The position numbers and the translations under genes are program-made. From positions 52,945 to 116,944 of the forward strand of contig JAJNBD010000007.1 in assembly GCA_021156105.1 (NCBI GenBank): 64,000 nt of DNA, written 5' to 3'. The notes under the pieces are model-generated. The model did not search any database, was not told the origin of the DNA, and saw only the letters and a program-made list of their open reading frames with translations. Position 1 is the stretch's first letter, and each line of letters begins with the position of its first letter. Shown one piece after another: positions 32,329-42,486 of the stretch. Origin of the DNA: Gammaproteobacteria bacterium. Its GTDB lineage: Bacteria; Pseudomonadota; Gammaproteobacteria; CAISUE01.

Positions 32329-33168
32329 ATGATTTATCTTGACGAGCTTAATTTTGGCTATAAAAAACATAATGATCTTTTTCACCACCTAAAACTTATG
32401 CTTAATGCAGGCAGCATTTGTGGTTTATTAGGCGAAAACGGTTCTGGTAAAACAACCCTCCTCAAAATTCTGGCTGGATTAATTTTCCCAAGCAGCGGCA
32501 ACTGCCAAGTCATGGGTCAAACACCCAGCAAACGCTTACCACAATTCTTACAAGAGTTATATTTCTTACCCGAAGATATTTACGTTCCCGCTATTACTGC
32601 TGAGCAGTATGTCAATTTCTACGCAACTTTTTACCCACGCTTTAACCATGAATTACTCAAGCAGTGTTTAGCAGAATTTGAAATTCCTAGTCAGCAATTA
32701 TTGACCGAGCTTTCGCATGGTCAAAAGAAAAAATTTTTAATGAGTTTTGGCATCGCGACAAATTGCCGTTTATTAATTTTTGATGAACCGACCAATGGCT
32801 TAGATATCCCAAGCAAGTCGCAATTTCGTAAATTATTAGCTTCAAACTTCCATGAAGATAGGTTATTTATTATTTCAACCCATCAAGTGCATGATGTCGA
32901 AAACTTAATTGATACAGTAATTATTATTGAAAATGGCGAGGTTATTTTCCAACAAAGCTTAGAAAATATCACACAAAAGCTAGCTTTCACCGAACAAGCC
33001 GATATGCCTGAAATTAATGATTATTTTTATTACGAGAAAAAACTTGGCGGCTATTTTATTGTGAAACCGAATACAGGCCAACAAGACACACGTGTTGACT
33101 TAGAAACTTTATTTAATACCGTCAGAACAAATAAAGCAAAAATCCAACAATACTTTGCACAAGGATAA
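32329..33168 (+). CDS. ABC transporter ATP-binding protein
   Basis: Walker A GENGSGKTT, signature LSHGQKKK, Walker B LLIFDEPT. The ORF-track start is TTG, so ATG at 32329 was used. Confidence 0.8.
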   Translation: MIYLDELNFGYKKHNDLFHHLKLMLNAGSICGLLGENGSGKTTLLKILAGLIFPSSGNCQVMGQTPSKRLPQFLQELYFLPEDIYVPAITAEQYVNFYATFYPRFNHELLKQCLAEFEIPSQQLLTELSHGQKKKFLMSFGIATNCRLLIFDEPTNGLDIPSKSQFRKLLASNFHEDRLFIISTHQVHDVENLIDTVIIIENGEVIFQQSLENITQKLAFTEQADMPEINDYFYYEKKLGGYFIVKPNTGQQDTRVDLETLFNTVRTNKAKIQQYFAQG

Positions 33169-33172
33169 TCTT

Positions 33173-33868
33173 ATGAACAATATCTTTTGCTTAAAACGTT
33201 TTTCACAGCTTATTTTAAATGATCTACGTTTACGAAAAAAAATTATTTTTATTACTGCTGCAACATTGATTATATTCAGTGCGCTAATGCCTTTCCATGT
33301 CACGAGCCATACAGGCGCTTATTTTTTTATTTTATATCTAGGCGGATTTTATATTTCTAGTTCCGCCTTTGAAGAAGCACACGATCCTCGAAAAGCCTAT
33401 TTATTTTTAAGCCTTCCCTGCTCTAACCTTGAGCGTTTTTTATCCAAATGGTTCTTGACTTCTCTTGGCTATGCCCTAGGCATCTTAGCAATCTATTATG
33501 CTTTTTCCTGGCTGAGTTTTATTATGAATACCTTTGTTTTTCACCACTATATGCAAGTATTATATATAACTGACGCAGGCCTTTGGCTAGGGATTAAAAA
33601 ATATATCGTTTTGCAATCAGTGATTTTATTGGGTTCTATTTTGTTTAAGCGCCATGCTTTAATAAAAGTTGCTTTATGCATAGGCTGCCTATTTTTACTT
33701 TATAGTCTTTTCTCAGGTTTACTCGCCTGGATGTTTTGTGCAGATTGTATTGCTTATCCTTTAACAGGGCAAATAATCTCCTCTGTTTATCATGCCTTTT
33801 GGCTATTATTAGCACCTTTCTGCTGGCTATTAACCTATTATCGACTAACTGAATGTGAGTTGAAATAA
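33173..33868 (+). CDS. ABC-2-type transporter membrane component
   Basis: About 6 TM helices. AAGGA SD 7 nt upstream of ATG 33173. Confidence 0.55.
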   Translation: MNNIFCLKRFSQLILNDLRLRKKIIFITAATLIIFSALMPFHVTSHTGAYFFILYLGGFYISSSAFEEAHDPRKAYLFLSLPCSNLERFLSKWFLTSLGYALGILAIYYAFSWLSFIMNTFVFHHYMQVLYITDAGLWLGIKKYIVLQSVILLGSILFKRHALIKVALCIGCLFLLYSLFSGLLAWMFCADCIAYPLTGQIISSVYHAFWLLLAPFCWLLTYYRLTECELK

Positions 33869-34239
33869 TGGACTTTCAAAATAAAAAAGCTATTTACCTA
33901 CAAATCGCAGACTATGTCTGTGAGCAAATTTTGTTAAAGAAATGGCAAGTAGGCAATAAGATACCCTCCATCCGGGAGTTAGCAATTAGCCTAGAGGTTA
34001 ATCCTAATACGGTGATGCGCACCTATGCCTTTTTAGAAGATAAAAAAATTATTCAAACACAACGTGGCATTGGATATTTTGTCGCTGAAGATGCTTACCC
34101 ACAAGCGTTATCTTTAAAAAAGACAGAGTTTTTACAGCAAGATTTACCGCAAATTTTTCGCTCGATGGATCTACTCGGCATCAGCTTTGAAGCATTAAAT
34201 GAACTTTATCACACGAGGAAAACCTATGAAAAAGAGTAA
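33868..34239 (+). CDS. GntR-family (YtrA subfamily) transcriptional regulator
   Basis: 123 aa. wHTH signature IPSIRELAISLEVNPNTVMRTY. TAATG overlap with the upstream gene. Confidence 0.75.
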   Translation: MDFQNKKAIYLQIADYVCEQILLKKWQVGNKIPSIRELAISLEVNPNTVMRTYAFLEDKKIIQTQRGIGYFVAEDAYPQALSLKKTEFLQQDLPQIFRSMDLLGISFEALNELYHTRKTYEKE

Positions 34240-35071
34240 TAAAATCTTGCTTGGCGCGTTTGCAATTATTGCGCTATTAACCATTGGTCTGATCACAAAT
34301 TTAAGTGCCTTTTATCAATCGGAAGACGGCCAGTGCGGGCTCTCACCCCACTTTTTTATTTTCAACAAGTTAATCAAAGGCAATGGGAAAACCATAACAC
34401 AAAATTCCTCCTTGGACCGCTTCAATCGCATTAGCTTAAAAGGAAAATTAAATGTCATTCTTCAGCCTGGCAAAACTAATAGCCTTACTATTACGACTGA
34501 TGAGAATATCTTGCCCTTTCTAGTCATTAATAACAAAGATGATTTCCTCTCAATTAGCACAAAACCAGGCACATCATTATCGCCTTCGCAACAAGAAAAA
34601 ATTATTATTACAACAAACGCTGAAGTTAACGAAATCCATTTGGGCGGTAAAGTCCATCTAGCGGTTGATAATATTCAAACCACAGATCTAGATCTTGCCA
34701 TGGGTGGTAAAAGCCAAGTACAGCTAACAGGCAATATTAAAAATCTTCAAATAACCGCCAATGGAAAATCCCATATTGAAGCCAAAATAATTCATGGTGA
34801 AGCATTAAGATTAAATACCAGCGGCAAAAGCCAAGCGCAGTTATCTGGCAGCGTTAATAACCTTAGCATCACAGCAAGCGGCAAAACCAACATTGCAGCA
34901 CAGCATTTAATTGCCAATAATGTAACTGTGTTAGGCGCAGGAGAATCTGATATCTCACTTTATGCTAATAAAACGATCCTCGCGAATATGAACGGCGAAA
35001 GTCATGTGCAGTATCGCGGTAATGCAATCGTCAGCCAAAGTAGCACAGGTGTTTCGATCGTTAAACAATAG
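34226..35071 (+). CDS. DUF2807/GIN-domain putative adhesin-like beta-helix protein
   Basis: Signal/TM anchor. Repeated GGK/GKS beta-helical motifs. GAGGAA SD. Confidence 0.5.
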   Translation: MKKSNKILLGAFAIIALLTIGLITNLSAFYQSEDGQCGLSPHFFIFNKLIKGNGKTITQNSSLDRFNRISLKGKLNVILQPGKTNSLTITTDENILPFLVINNKDDFLSISTKPGTSLSPSQQEKIIITTNAEVNEIHLGGKVHLAVDNIQTTDLDLAMGGKSQVQLTGNIKNLQITANGKSHIEAKIIHGEALRLNTSGKSQAQLSGSVNNLSITASGKTNIAAQHLIANNVTVLGAGESDISLYANKTILANMNGESHVQYRGNAIVSQSSTGVSIVKQ

Positions 35072-35076
35072 CATCA

Positions 35077-35835
35077 TTAATGTGATTCTGCATCTGTCTT
35101 GTATAAGGTCGGCTTTTGACCTATTGTGTAGCTGTAAACTACTGCGCCAACTATTGCGCCAATCACGGACCCCAACACCGGCGGCAGCCAAGCTGCGGTA
35201 TTTTCAAAACCGGTGTTGCTAAAATGCATAAGGCTAATAAAAATCCGCGGACTTAAATCACGTGCGGGGTTCATCGCATAACCATGCATGCCGCCAAAAG
35301 ACATACCGAGCGCCACGATTAAGCCACCTATCGCAAATGGTGCCAGCCAGCCAGCACCTTCATTATTAAAATGCTCAACAATTGCGAGAATACCAAATAA
35401 TAAAATTGCACTAGCTATCAATTCCGCCATAAAGCTTGGCATAAAAGCAGAGACTGCAGGAAAAGTTGTAAAGATGCCAGCGCTATGAGAAAGGCTAGGA
35501 TCAATTAATACTAGTTTGGCAGCATAAAAATAATAAACTATTGCGGCGCCAACAAAGCCACCTAACATTTGCGCGATAATATAATGCAAAATTTTGTTAG
35601 TAGGAAACCTTTTCGTTGCCGCCAAAGCCAAGGTCACCGCTGGATTTAAATGTGCCCCGCTAATACGGTTACTGACTAAAATACCTAAAAACACACCAAC
35701 ACCCCAAGCAATCGTAATATTGGTATAGCCGCCAAGGTTAAATAAGTTATTCATCGCAACTACGCCACAACCAAATAACAATATAAACATCGTTCCAAAA
35801 AATTCAGCCATAAACTCTTGCGCTTTGGTATACAT
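35077..35835 (-). CDS. MIP-family aquaporin / glycerol facilitator
   Basis: Two NPA motifs (HLNPAVT, NPARDL). 6 TM helices. Confidence 0.8.
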   Translation of the reverse strand: MYTKAQEFMAEFFGTMFILLFGCGVVAMNNLFNLGGYTNITIAWGVGVFLGILVSNRISGAHLNPAVTLALAATKRFPTNKILHYIIAQMLGGFVGAAIVYYFYAAKLVLIDPSLSHSAGIFTTFPAVSAFMPSFMAELIASAILLFGILAIVEHFNNEGAGWLAPFAIGGLIVALGMSFGGMHGYAMNPARDLSPRIFISLMHFSNTGFENTAAWLPPVLGSVIGAIVGAVVYSYTIGQKPTLYKTDAESH

Positions 35836-35889
35836 AAATTTCCTCTTTAAAATATATCGATTGGCTTTAGCTAAAATTTTTATTAATAC

Positions 35890-36606
35890 TTACTTTGCAT
35901 CTACTGCTGTTAGAATACCCCGCAAAATTGCTACTTCGGATTTTAATAATTGGGTACGATTAAACATCGCTCGCAATTTAGGCATTAAGCGGCGGGGATT
36001 GTTTGGATCGTAAAAGTTAATGTCTGCCAACGTTTTTTCAAAATGCGCAAATAATAATTCAATTTCATGTTGTGTTGCATAAGCATCTTGCAATCTTGTT
36101 TCAACAGGTTTGCTTATGTTTTGACTCGCTAGAAAAACCTCATAGCACATCACTTGTACAGCAGCGCCTAAATTCAACGAGCTAAACTCAGGGTTAGCTG
36201 GAATATAGGCATGATACTGACATAAAGCTAATTCATCATTATTTAATCCTGCATGCTCACGACCAAAAACCAGCGCTACTTTTCGTTCAGCTACTGCTTC
36301 AACGGCAATAGAAGCTGCTTCGCGAAAAGATAAATCGATCACATCTGGCACATCTTGCCGAGCACTTGTACCAATCACAAGCTGGCAGTCAGCGATAGCC
36401 GTTTTTAAATCATCAAAATATTGCGCTTGGTACAAAATTTCTTCCGCTCCTGCACTACGCGCAATAGCATCGGCATCAACTTCACGCCTAGGTTTTACCA
36501 AACGCATCTGACTTAATCCCATCGTTTTCATCGCTCGCGCACAAGCGCCAATATTACCGGGATGGCTAGGATTAACAAGAATAATCGTAATATTTTCAAA
36601 ATTCAT
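35890..36606 (-). CDS. trmJ: tRNA (cytidine/uridine-2'-O)-methyltransferase TrmJ (SpoU family)
   Basis: VNPSHPGNIGACARAMKTMG N-terminus matches TrmJ. Confidence 0.75.
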   Translation of the reverse strand: MNFENITIILVNPSHPGNIGACARAMKTMGLSQMRLVKPRREVDADAIARSAGAEEILYQAQYFDDLKTAIADCQLVIGTSARQDVPDVIDLSFREAASIAVEAVAERKVALVFGREHAGLNNDELALCQYHAYIPANPEFSSLNLGAAVQVMCYEVFLASQNISKPVETRLQDAYATQHEIELLFAHFEKTLADINFYDPNNPRRLMPKLRAMFNRTQLLKSEVAILRGILTAVDAK

Positions 36607-36624
36607 AAAAATTAACAGCGGTGC

Positions 36625-37572
36625 TTGGCACCGAATTTGGTTTGTTTGGCGCCAGGCACCATGTTAATATATCATTTTACTGAAATCTGGCTAAAAATGT
36701 TTAACCCACTTAAATTTATTCAACAAAAAATTGCTCGGATCATGACCAATTGGTTAATCTCTGACATTTATCCTGTACCCCAGGATTTATTGTATAGCTT
36801 TGACCATCTTTGCTATGATTTAAAGCCCTGCGACGTCGTATTAGTTAACGGCCGCACCCGGGTTAGCGAAGTGATCAAAATCATTACGCAAAGCCGCTGG
36901 TCTCATGCGGCAATTTACATTGGGCGCTTACGTGATATTACCGACCCAGAACTTCGCGCAAAAATTCAACAATACTTTAGCGGCCATGAAGATACGCAAT
37001 TGCTGGTTGAAAGTCAAATGGGTTCTGGCGTAATCGTTACGCCTTTAGAATATTACCGCCATGAAGAACTGCGCATCTGCCGTCCTTCTGGACTTAACCG
37101 CAAAGACACTGAAAAAGTCGCAAGTTATTGCATTCAGCGCTTAGGCTTGAAATATGATGTACGGCAAATTTTAGATTTAGCACGCTTTATGTTCCCATGG
37201 CAATATATTCCTTTGCCACGCCAATGGCGTACCACGCTGTTTCAACACAATGCTCAAGACCCAACTATGGCAAGCTGTTCGCGCTTATTAGCCGATGCGT
37301 TTAGTTCTGTCTATTATCCTATTCTACCTGAAGTCATCATTGATCACTTAAATGAAGTGGAAGTTGTGCCACGTAACACACGTTTATTTACCCCCAGCGA
37401 TTTTGATGACTCGCCTTTCTTTGATATTTTGAAATTCCCACGTTTTGATCTTGCCGATCAGTCTATTTATCAAAAGCTTAAATGGCGCAACGATATCGTT
37501 AGCAATGATCGTGTTGGTTTGCGAGAAAACCCTCTATTTGCTAACCCAGCAGAAGATGAATCAGAAAGCTAA
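36625..37572 (+). CDS. YiiX-like permuted papain-fold (NlpC/P60 superfamily) protein
   Basis: CDVVLVNG...SHAAIYIG His-first arrangement with a downstream Cys. Start uncertain, with internal ATGs at 36661 and 36697. Confidence 0.45.
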   Translation: MAPNLVCLAPGTMLIYHFTEIWLKMFNPLKFIQQKIARIMTNWLISDIYPVPQDLLYSFDHLCYDLKPCDVVLVNGRTRVSEVIKIITQSRWSHAAIYIGRLRDITDPELRAKIQQYFSGHEDTQLLVESQMGSGVIVTPLEYYRHEELRICRPSGLNRKDTEKVASYCIQRLGLKYDVRQILDLARFMFPWQYIPLPRQWRTTLFQHNAQDPTMASCSRLLADAFSSVYYPILPEVIIDHLNEVEVVPRNTRLFTPSDFDDSPFFDILKFPRFDLADQSIYQKLKWRNDIVSNDRVGLRENPLFANPAEDESES

Positions 37573-37772
37573 AACTTAATCCCATCATTAATTTTTTTGG
37601 CCCTTGCTCAAAGCAGTTTGAGTAAGGGCTTGCCCTATCTATTAAATTCCTAGAATAAGCTTATGGTATAAGATTTGCATGTTAAAAATAGATTGGTGCG
37701 TAGTGCTAAGAGCACCAATCTGCAGCAAGTCAATAATAATGTCAAAAAACTCCATTAACAGGCTCCCTAATC

Positions 37773-39530
37773 ATGGCAAAGCGCTCTTTTCTCCGTAAAA
37801 TTTTTAGTTGGAAAACACCCGCCAAGCTACTGGCGGTTGTCGGTGTTGGCGTGATTACCTTTCTTACAACATTATTCACCAAGCAAGGGCTAGCAGATTT
37901 TTTATCAAGCTATACCGCTTCATTAACTGAGCCAGCAATCCAAGTCATCTCTTGGACCACAGGTGCACTAACCGGCGTTGCTACCTTCTCACGCTTAATC
38001 GACAACAGTTGGATAAAATTAACTTTTTGGGGACAAAAACTTGATAATCAAACAGCAAGTGCTTTTACTGGCAGAATATACTTCCTGGATCTTGCTGAAA
38101 CAAAATTAAAAGGTATTGAAAAAATTGTTAACATTGTTTTCAATCAAACCACGCGCTGCCAACAAGAATTCTATAAATACGCTTTAACAATAGAACAATT
38201 AGAAGAGCTTAGCCAAAAATTAAAAAAATTGAAAAAAGAATTGAATACCATGCCAAAGTTACGTGATGAAATTCTACAATTATTATTAAATAATGAAGCC
38301 GAAGATAAAAAACACCTAGAAAAAAAAAGAAAATTACAAGCCAGGTTAAATCTTTTTATTGCTCAGCACCATAAAGCCAATAAACAACTTAATAAGCTTC
38401 AAAGTAAAATTATAAAAATCATCACTCCTCAGATAAACAGAAAACAAAAATACTTAGCATCTCGTACCGCCCCACTTCCTGCACCAATATCATCTTATCA
38501 ACAATCTCAACCACAAATAGGCGCTGGAGTGGTTGACCCTGTTGAGAACGATACTAACCATGAGATTGCTTTACACTTACCCGATCAATCCTTACGGCAA
38601 CCAGATCGACCGTTATCACTACCCAGAGTATTTAATACCTACCAATTTTCTATCGCAGAAATACCCATGGCATTATTAGCAGCTGGGGCTATTACCGCAA
38701 TCGTTGTTACATCAACAGCGATTACAGAAAGAGAGATCAAAAGTTTTTTAATGCATTACGCAAAAGAAATAGCATTACCACGTGCACTAGCTCTCGCCTG
38801 GTCAGCTGCCAGCTTTTTTGGGATTATCGCAACAACAGAAGCAGGCGCATTTTGGCATAAGTTAAGTTATTGGGGACAAATAATTGATAAAACTTTATGG
38901 AGAATTTTTACTGGTGAAAGATATTTCCTTGATAAAGTAGAAAATAAATTAACTGACGTTGAAAATCATATTAGCGTAATTTTTTCTAGAGCGAGTGACT
39001 TCTATGATATGTTCTATTCAGGAGAATTAAGTGATAGCGAGCTCAAAAAACTTAACAGCGACCTGGAAGCGTTAAAAACAACTTTAGAAACCAGACCTAC
39101 AGAACTCAGCGAAGAAATTGTCGCCCTGTTAACTCACAATGACCCTAGAGATCATCATCATTTTAAACGTAAAAAAGCTCAACAAGAAAGATTAAATTTT
39201 TTCATTATTAACGCTAGTACTATTTTTGAAAGCATTAATGAGCTGCAACAGAAAATTCTGGGCGTTTTACAACCAGAGGCAAATGCACTTGATCTTTACA
39301 CGGCAAGAACTCAGTATCTACCATTGCCCCCAGTAGAGCAACAAGCTCAAGAGGATAACGAGGTTGTGCTTAGCGGACAAGAACCAACAGCAACGCCACG
39401 AATACCGCAAAGACGAATAAATACCTATCCTCATCCGGTATTTCAAACCACAACGAGAAGCAATCCAGACCAGTCGACGCCAGCAGAAAGCGCAGATGAA
39501 ACGACTGCGCTACTGCTAAAAACATCTTAA
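37773..39530 (+). CDS. hypothetical membrane-anchored coiled-coil protein with internal tandem duplication (effector candidate)
   Basis: Two homologous ~290-aa halves, each with a TM segment, a W/YWGQxxDx and GxRYFLD motif, a coiled-coil, a [15 protein letters not shown] / [13 protein letters not shown] basic motif and a TxYLPLP tail. Confidence 0.5.
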   Translation: MAKRSFLRKIFSWKTPAKLLAVVGVGVITFLTTLFTKQGLADFLSSYTASLTEPAIQVISWTTGALTGVATFSRLIDNSWIKLTFWGQKLDNQTASAFTGRIYFLDLAETKLKGIEKIVNIVFNQTTRCQQEFYKYALTIEQLEELSQKLKKLKKELNTMPKLRDEILQLLLNNEAEDKKHLEKKRKLQARLNLFIAQHHKANKQLNKLQSKIIKIITPQINRKQKYLASRTAPLPAPISSYQQSQPQIGAGVVDPVENDTNHEIALHLPDQSLRQPDRPLSLPRVFNTYQFSIAEIPMALLAAGAITAIVVTSTAITEREIKSFLMHYAKEIALPRALALAWSAASFFGIIATTEAGAFWHKLSYWGQIIDKTLWRIFTGERYFLDKVENKLTDVENHISVIFSRASDFYDMFYSGELSDSELKKLNSDLEALKTTLETRPTELSEEIVALLTHNDPRDHHHFKRKKAQQERLNFFIINASTIFESINELQQKILGVLQPEANALDLYTARTQYLPLPPVEQQAQEDNEVVLSGQEPTATPRIPQRRINTYPHPVFQTTTRSNPDQSTPAESADETTALLLKTS

Positions 39531-42109
39531 ACGTCAGCAGATTCTACGGCCTCGCCAGTTTCATCACCTTCACCACCAGCATCCGCAACTTTTTCTAAGC
39601 TAACTAACTTTTCATCTTCGGCTAAGTTAATTAAACGCACACCTTGTGTGTTTCTACCAACACAAGAAATTTCTGCTATGCGCGTACGCACCATCGTTCC
39701 AGCATCAGAAATTAAGAAAACTTCATCGCTTTCTTGAACTTCTGTTGCAGCAACAACTAAGCCATTACGTTCGCTGACTTGGATAGAGATAACGCCCTGA
39801 CCACCACGGCCTGTAATGCGGTAGTCTTCAAGCTCAGTACGTTTACCATAACCATTTTCAGTGGCTGTTAAAATTGCGCCACCTTCTTTAACGACGACAA
39901 GAGAGATGACTTTCTGACTGTCTTGCAACAGCATTCCGCGCACACCATGAGCGCCACGTCCCATTTGACGGACTTTTTCTTCAGGGAAACGGATCACTTT
40001 ACCAGCATCAGAGAACAACATAACATCGCGAGTACCATCAGTTAAATCAGCACCAATAAGTACTTCACTTTCTTCTAAATCAATGGCAATAATACCCGTG
40101 CTACGAGGACGTGAAAATTCGCTCAAAGCTGTTTTTTTCACTGTTCCCGTTGAGGTTGCCATGAAGACGAAGTGCTTATCATCAAATTCTTTAACAGGTA
40201 ATATCGCGGTAATTTTTTCGTTTTCTTGTAAATTTAAAATATTCACAATTGGACGGCCACGTGAAGCGCGGCTTGCATCTGGTAATTGGTAAACTTTTAA
40301 CCAGTATACTTTACCAATATTGGAGAAACACAATAGCATATCGTGCGTATTTGCTACCCAAAGTGCTTCAATGAAATCTTCTTCTTTGGTTGCTGCTGCG
40401 CTCTTACCTTTGCCCCCACGACGCTGTGCTTGATAAGCTGAGACTGGTTGCGTTTTAATATAGCCTTCATGAGAAAGCGTAATCACCCGGTCTTCTTGTG
40501 GGATCAAATCTTCGATGGATAAATCTTCTTCAGATTCCGTGATCACGGTTTTACGGGGATCAGCAAATTCTTTTCTTACTTCTGCTAGTTCTTCTTTAAT
40601 GACTGTCATGAGACGAATAGGATCGCCCAAAATATCTAATAAATTAGCAATTTCAATTAATAAATTTTGATATTCTTCAACAATTTTTTCTTGCTCCAAA
40701 CCAGTCAAACGTTGCAAACGCATTTCAAGGATCGCATTGGCTTGTGCTGGTGACAAATAATAACCCGTCGTTTGCATGCCAAGGTTTATCGCTAAGTCTT
40801 CTGGACGAGAAGTGTGAGCATCTTTGCCTGCTTTTTCAATCAATGCTTTCACTAAGCCTGCTTCCCAAACTTCTGCCATAAGTTTTTCTTTTGCTTCGTT
40901 TGCCGTTGGCGAAGCTTTGATGATCGCAATCATTTTATCGATATTAGAAAGCGCAACCGCTAAACCTTCTAAAATATGCGCACGCTCACGCGCTTTGCGC
41001 AATTCAAAAATCGAACGACGAGTTACCACTTCACGGCGATGGCGCAAAAATGCATCTAATAATTGGCGCAGATTTAAGGTTTGGGGTTGACCATCTAATA
41101 GCGCAACGTTATTAATACCATAAACCACTTCAAGCTGAGTATTCGTATAGAGTTTGTTGATCATCACCTCTGCATTTTCACCGCGACGCAGCTCAACGAC
41201 GACTCGCATACCTTCACGGTCAGACTCATCACGCAGATGGGTAATACCTTCAACAATTTTTTCTTTTACTAATTCAGCAATACGCTCTACTAATCGTGCT
41301 TTATTGACTTGGTAAGGCAGCTCAGTAATGATGATACTTGGCTTACCATTATCTTCATCTTCCTCAACATGAACTTTGGCACGAATCCGAATACGGCCAC
41401 GGCCAGTGCGATAAGCTTCAATAATACCTGCACGGCCATTGATAATGCCTGCGGTCGGAAAATCTGGGCCAGGAATAATAGAAATTAATTCTTCAAAAGA
41501 AAGTTCAGGGGTATCGATCAAAGCAATACAAGCATCAATCAACTCACCTAAATTGTGCGGTGGCATATTGGTTGCCATACCAACAGCAATACCTGAAGAG
41601 CCATTAGCTAACAAGTTAGGAATACGAGTAGGCAGAACCGTTGGTTCTCTTTCATTACCATCATAGTTTGGCACAAAATCAACTGTTTCTTTTTCAAGAT
41701 CAGCTAAAAGCGAGTGCGTCATTTTTGCCATACGGGCTTCGGTATAACGCATAGCCGCTGGCGCATCACCATCGATTGAACCAAAGTTACCTTGACCATC
41801 TACCAGCACATAACGCAAAGAAAATGTTTGCGCCATACGCACCAAACTGTCATAAATCGCCACGTCACCATGCGGGTGATATTTTGCAATCACGTCACCG
41901 ACGATACGGGCAGACTTTTTGTAAGCTTTATTGTAATCATTTCCTAATTCATGCATAGCAAACAGAATACGACGGTGCACAGGTTTTAAACCGTCACGCG
42001 CATCAGGTAATGCACGCCCAACCAAGACGCTCATTGCATATTCTAAATAAGAATTTTTTAATTCCGTTTCAACTGAAATAGGTAAAATTTCGCGGGCGAA
42101 TCCACTCAT
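39527..42109 (-). CDS. gyrA: DNA gyrase subunit A
   Basis: [23 protein letters not shown], active-site Tyr region, C-terminal beta-pinwheel repeats and acidic tail. Start set to ATG (MSGFAREI), since the ORF-track start is TTG. Confidence 0.95.
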   Translation of the reverse strand: MSGFAREILPISVETELKNSYLEYAMSVLVGRALPDARDGLKPVHRRILFAMHELGNDYNKAYKKSARIVGDVIAKYHPHGDVAIYDSLVRMAQTFSLRYVLVDGQGNFGSIDGDAPAAMRYTEARMAKMTHSLLADLEKETVDFVPNYDGNEREPTVLPTRIPNLLANGSSGIAVGMATNMPPHNLGELIDACIALIDTPELSFEELISIIPGPDFPTAGIINGRAGIIEAYRTGRGRIRIRAKVHVEEDEDNGKPSIIITELPYQVNKARLVERIAELVKEKIVEGITHLRDESDREGMRVVVELRRGENAEVMINKLYTNTQLEVVYGINNVALLDGQPQTLNLRQLLDAFLRHRREVVTRRSIFELRKARERAHILEGLAVALSNIDKMIAIIKASPTANEAKEKLMAEVWEAGLVKALIEKAGKDAHTSRPEDLAINLGMQTTGYYLSPAQANAILEMRLQRLTGLEQEKIVEEYQNLLIEIANLLDILGDPIRLMTVIKEELAEVRKEFADPRKTVITESEEDLSIEDLIPQEDRVITLSHEGYIKTQPVSAYQAQRRGGKGKSAAATKEEDFIEALWVANTHDMLLCFSNIGKVYWLKVYQLPDASRASRGRPIVNILNLQENEKITAILPVKEFDDKHFVFMATSTGTVKKTALSEFSRPRSTGIIAIDLEESEVLIGADLTDGTRDVMLFSDAGKVIRFPEEKVRQMGRGAHGVRGMLLQDSQKVISLVVVKEGGAILTATENGYGKRTELEDYRITGRGGQGVISIQVSERNGLVVAATEVQESDEVFLISDAGTMVRTRIAEISCVGRNTQGVRLINLAEDEKLVSLEKVADAGGEGDETGEAVESADV

Positions 42110-42387
42110 GAACAATCCCAAAAATGATCAATTTTAAAAGGTCAATTATACCATGCGATAGCAGATAAATGGGAGATTTTTGAGGAAATAATAATTCAGC
42201 TATTTGAGTAGGTTTTATCAGGTAAATAAGGTTTAGAGCATCTTCAAATCAAGGTTTATGCACATCCTAGCTAAAGCCATTGAAAATTTTCTTAGAAATA
42301 CAAAGAGGAAAAAGAGCTATTCAAAAATAAATTCATAACCAATTGATAAAATTCAAACTTATTTAGAATGGGTATTTTTCAAGCATC

Positions 42388-42470
42388 CCGCTTGACAAGC
42401 CCATGCTACAAGGGCTGCGCTCTCTTTCCCAAACGTTTTCCACAAACTTATCCACAGCTTTTGTGAGTAA
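42388..42470 (+). repeat. DnaA-box cluster element, copy 3 (upstream of gyrA)
   Basis: TTGACA...AGGGCT, then TTTTCCACA-AAC-TTATCCACA and an inverted TTACTCACA. Confidence 0.6.
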
Positions 42471-42486
42471 CTTCTTCCAGCATAAA

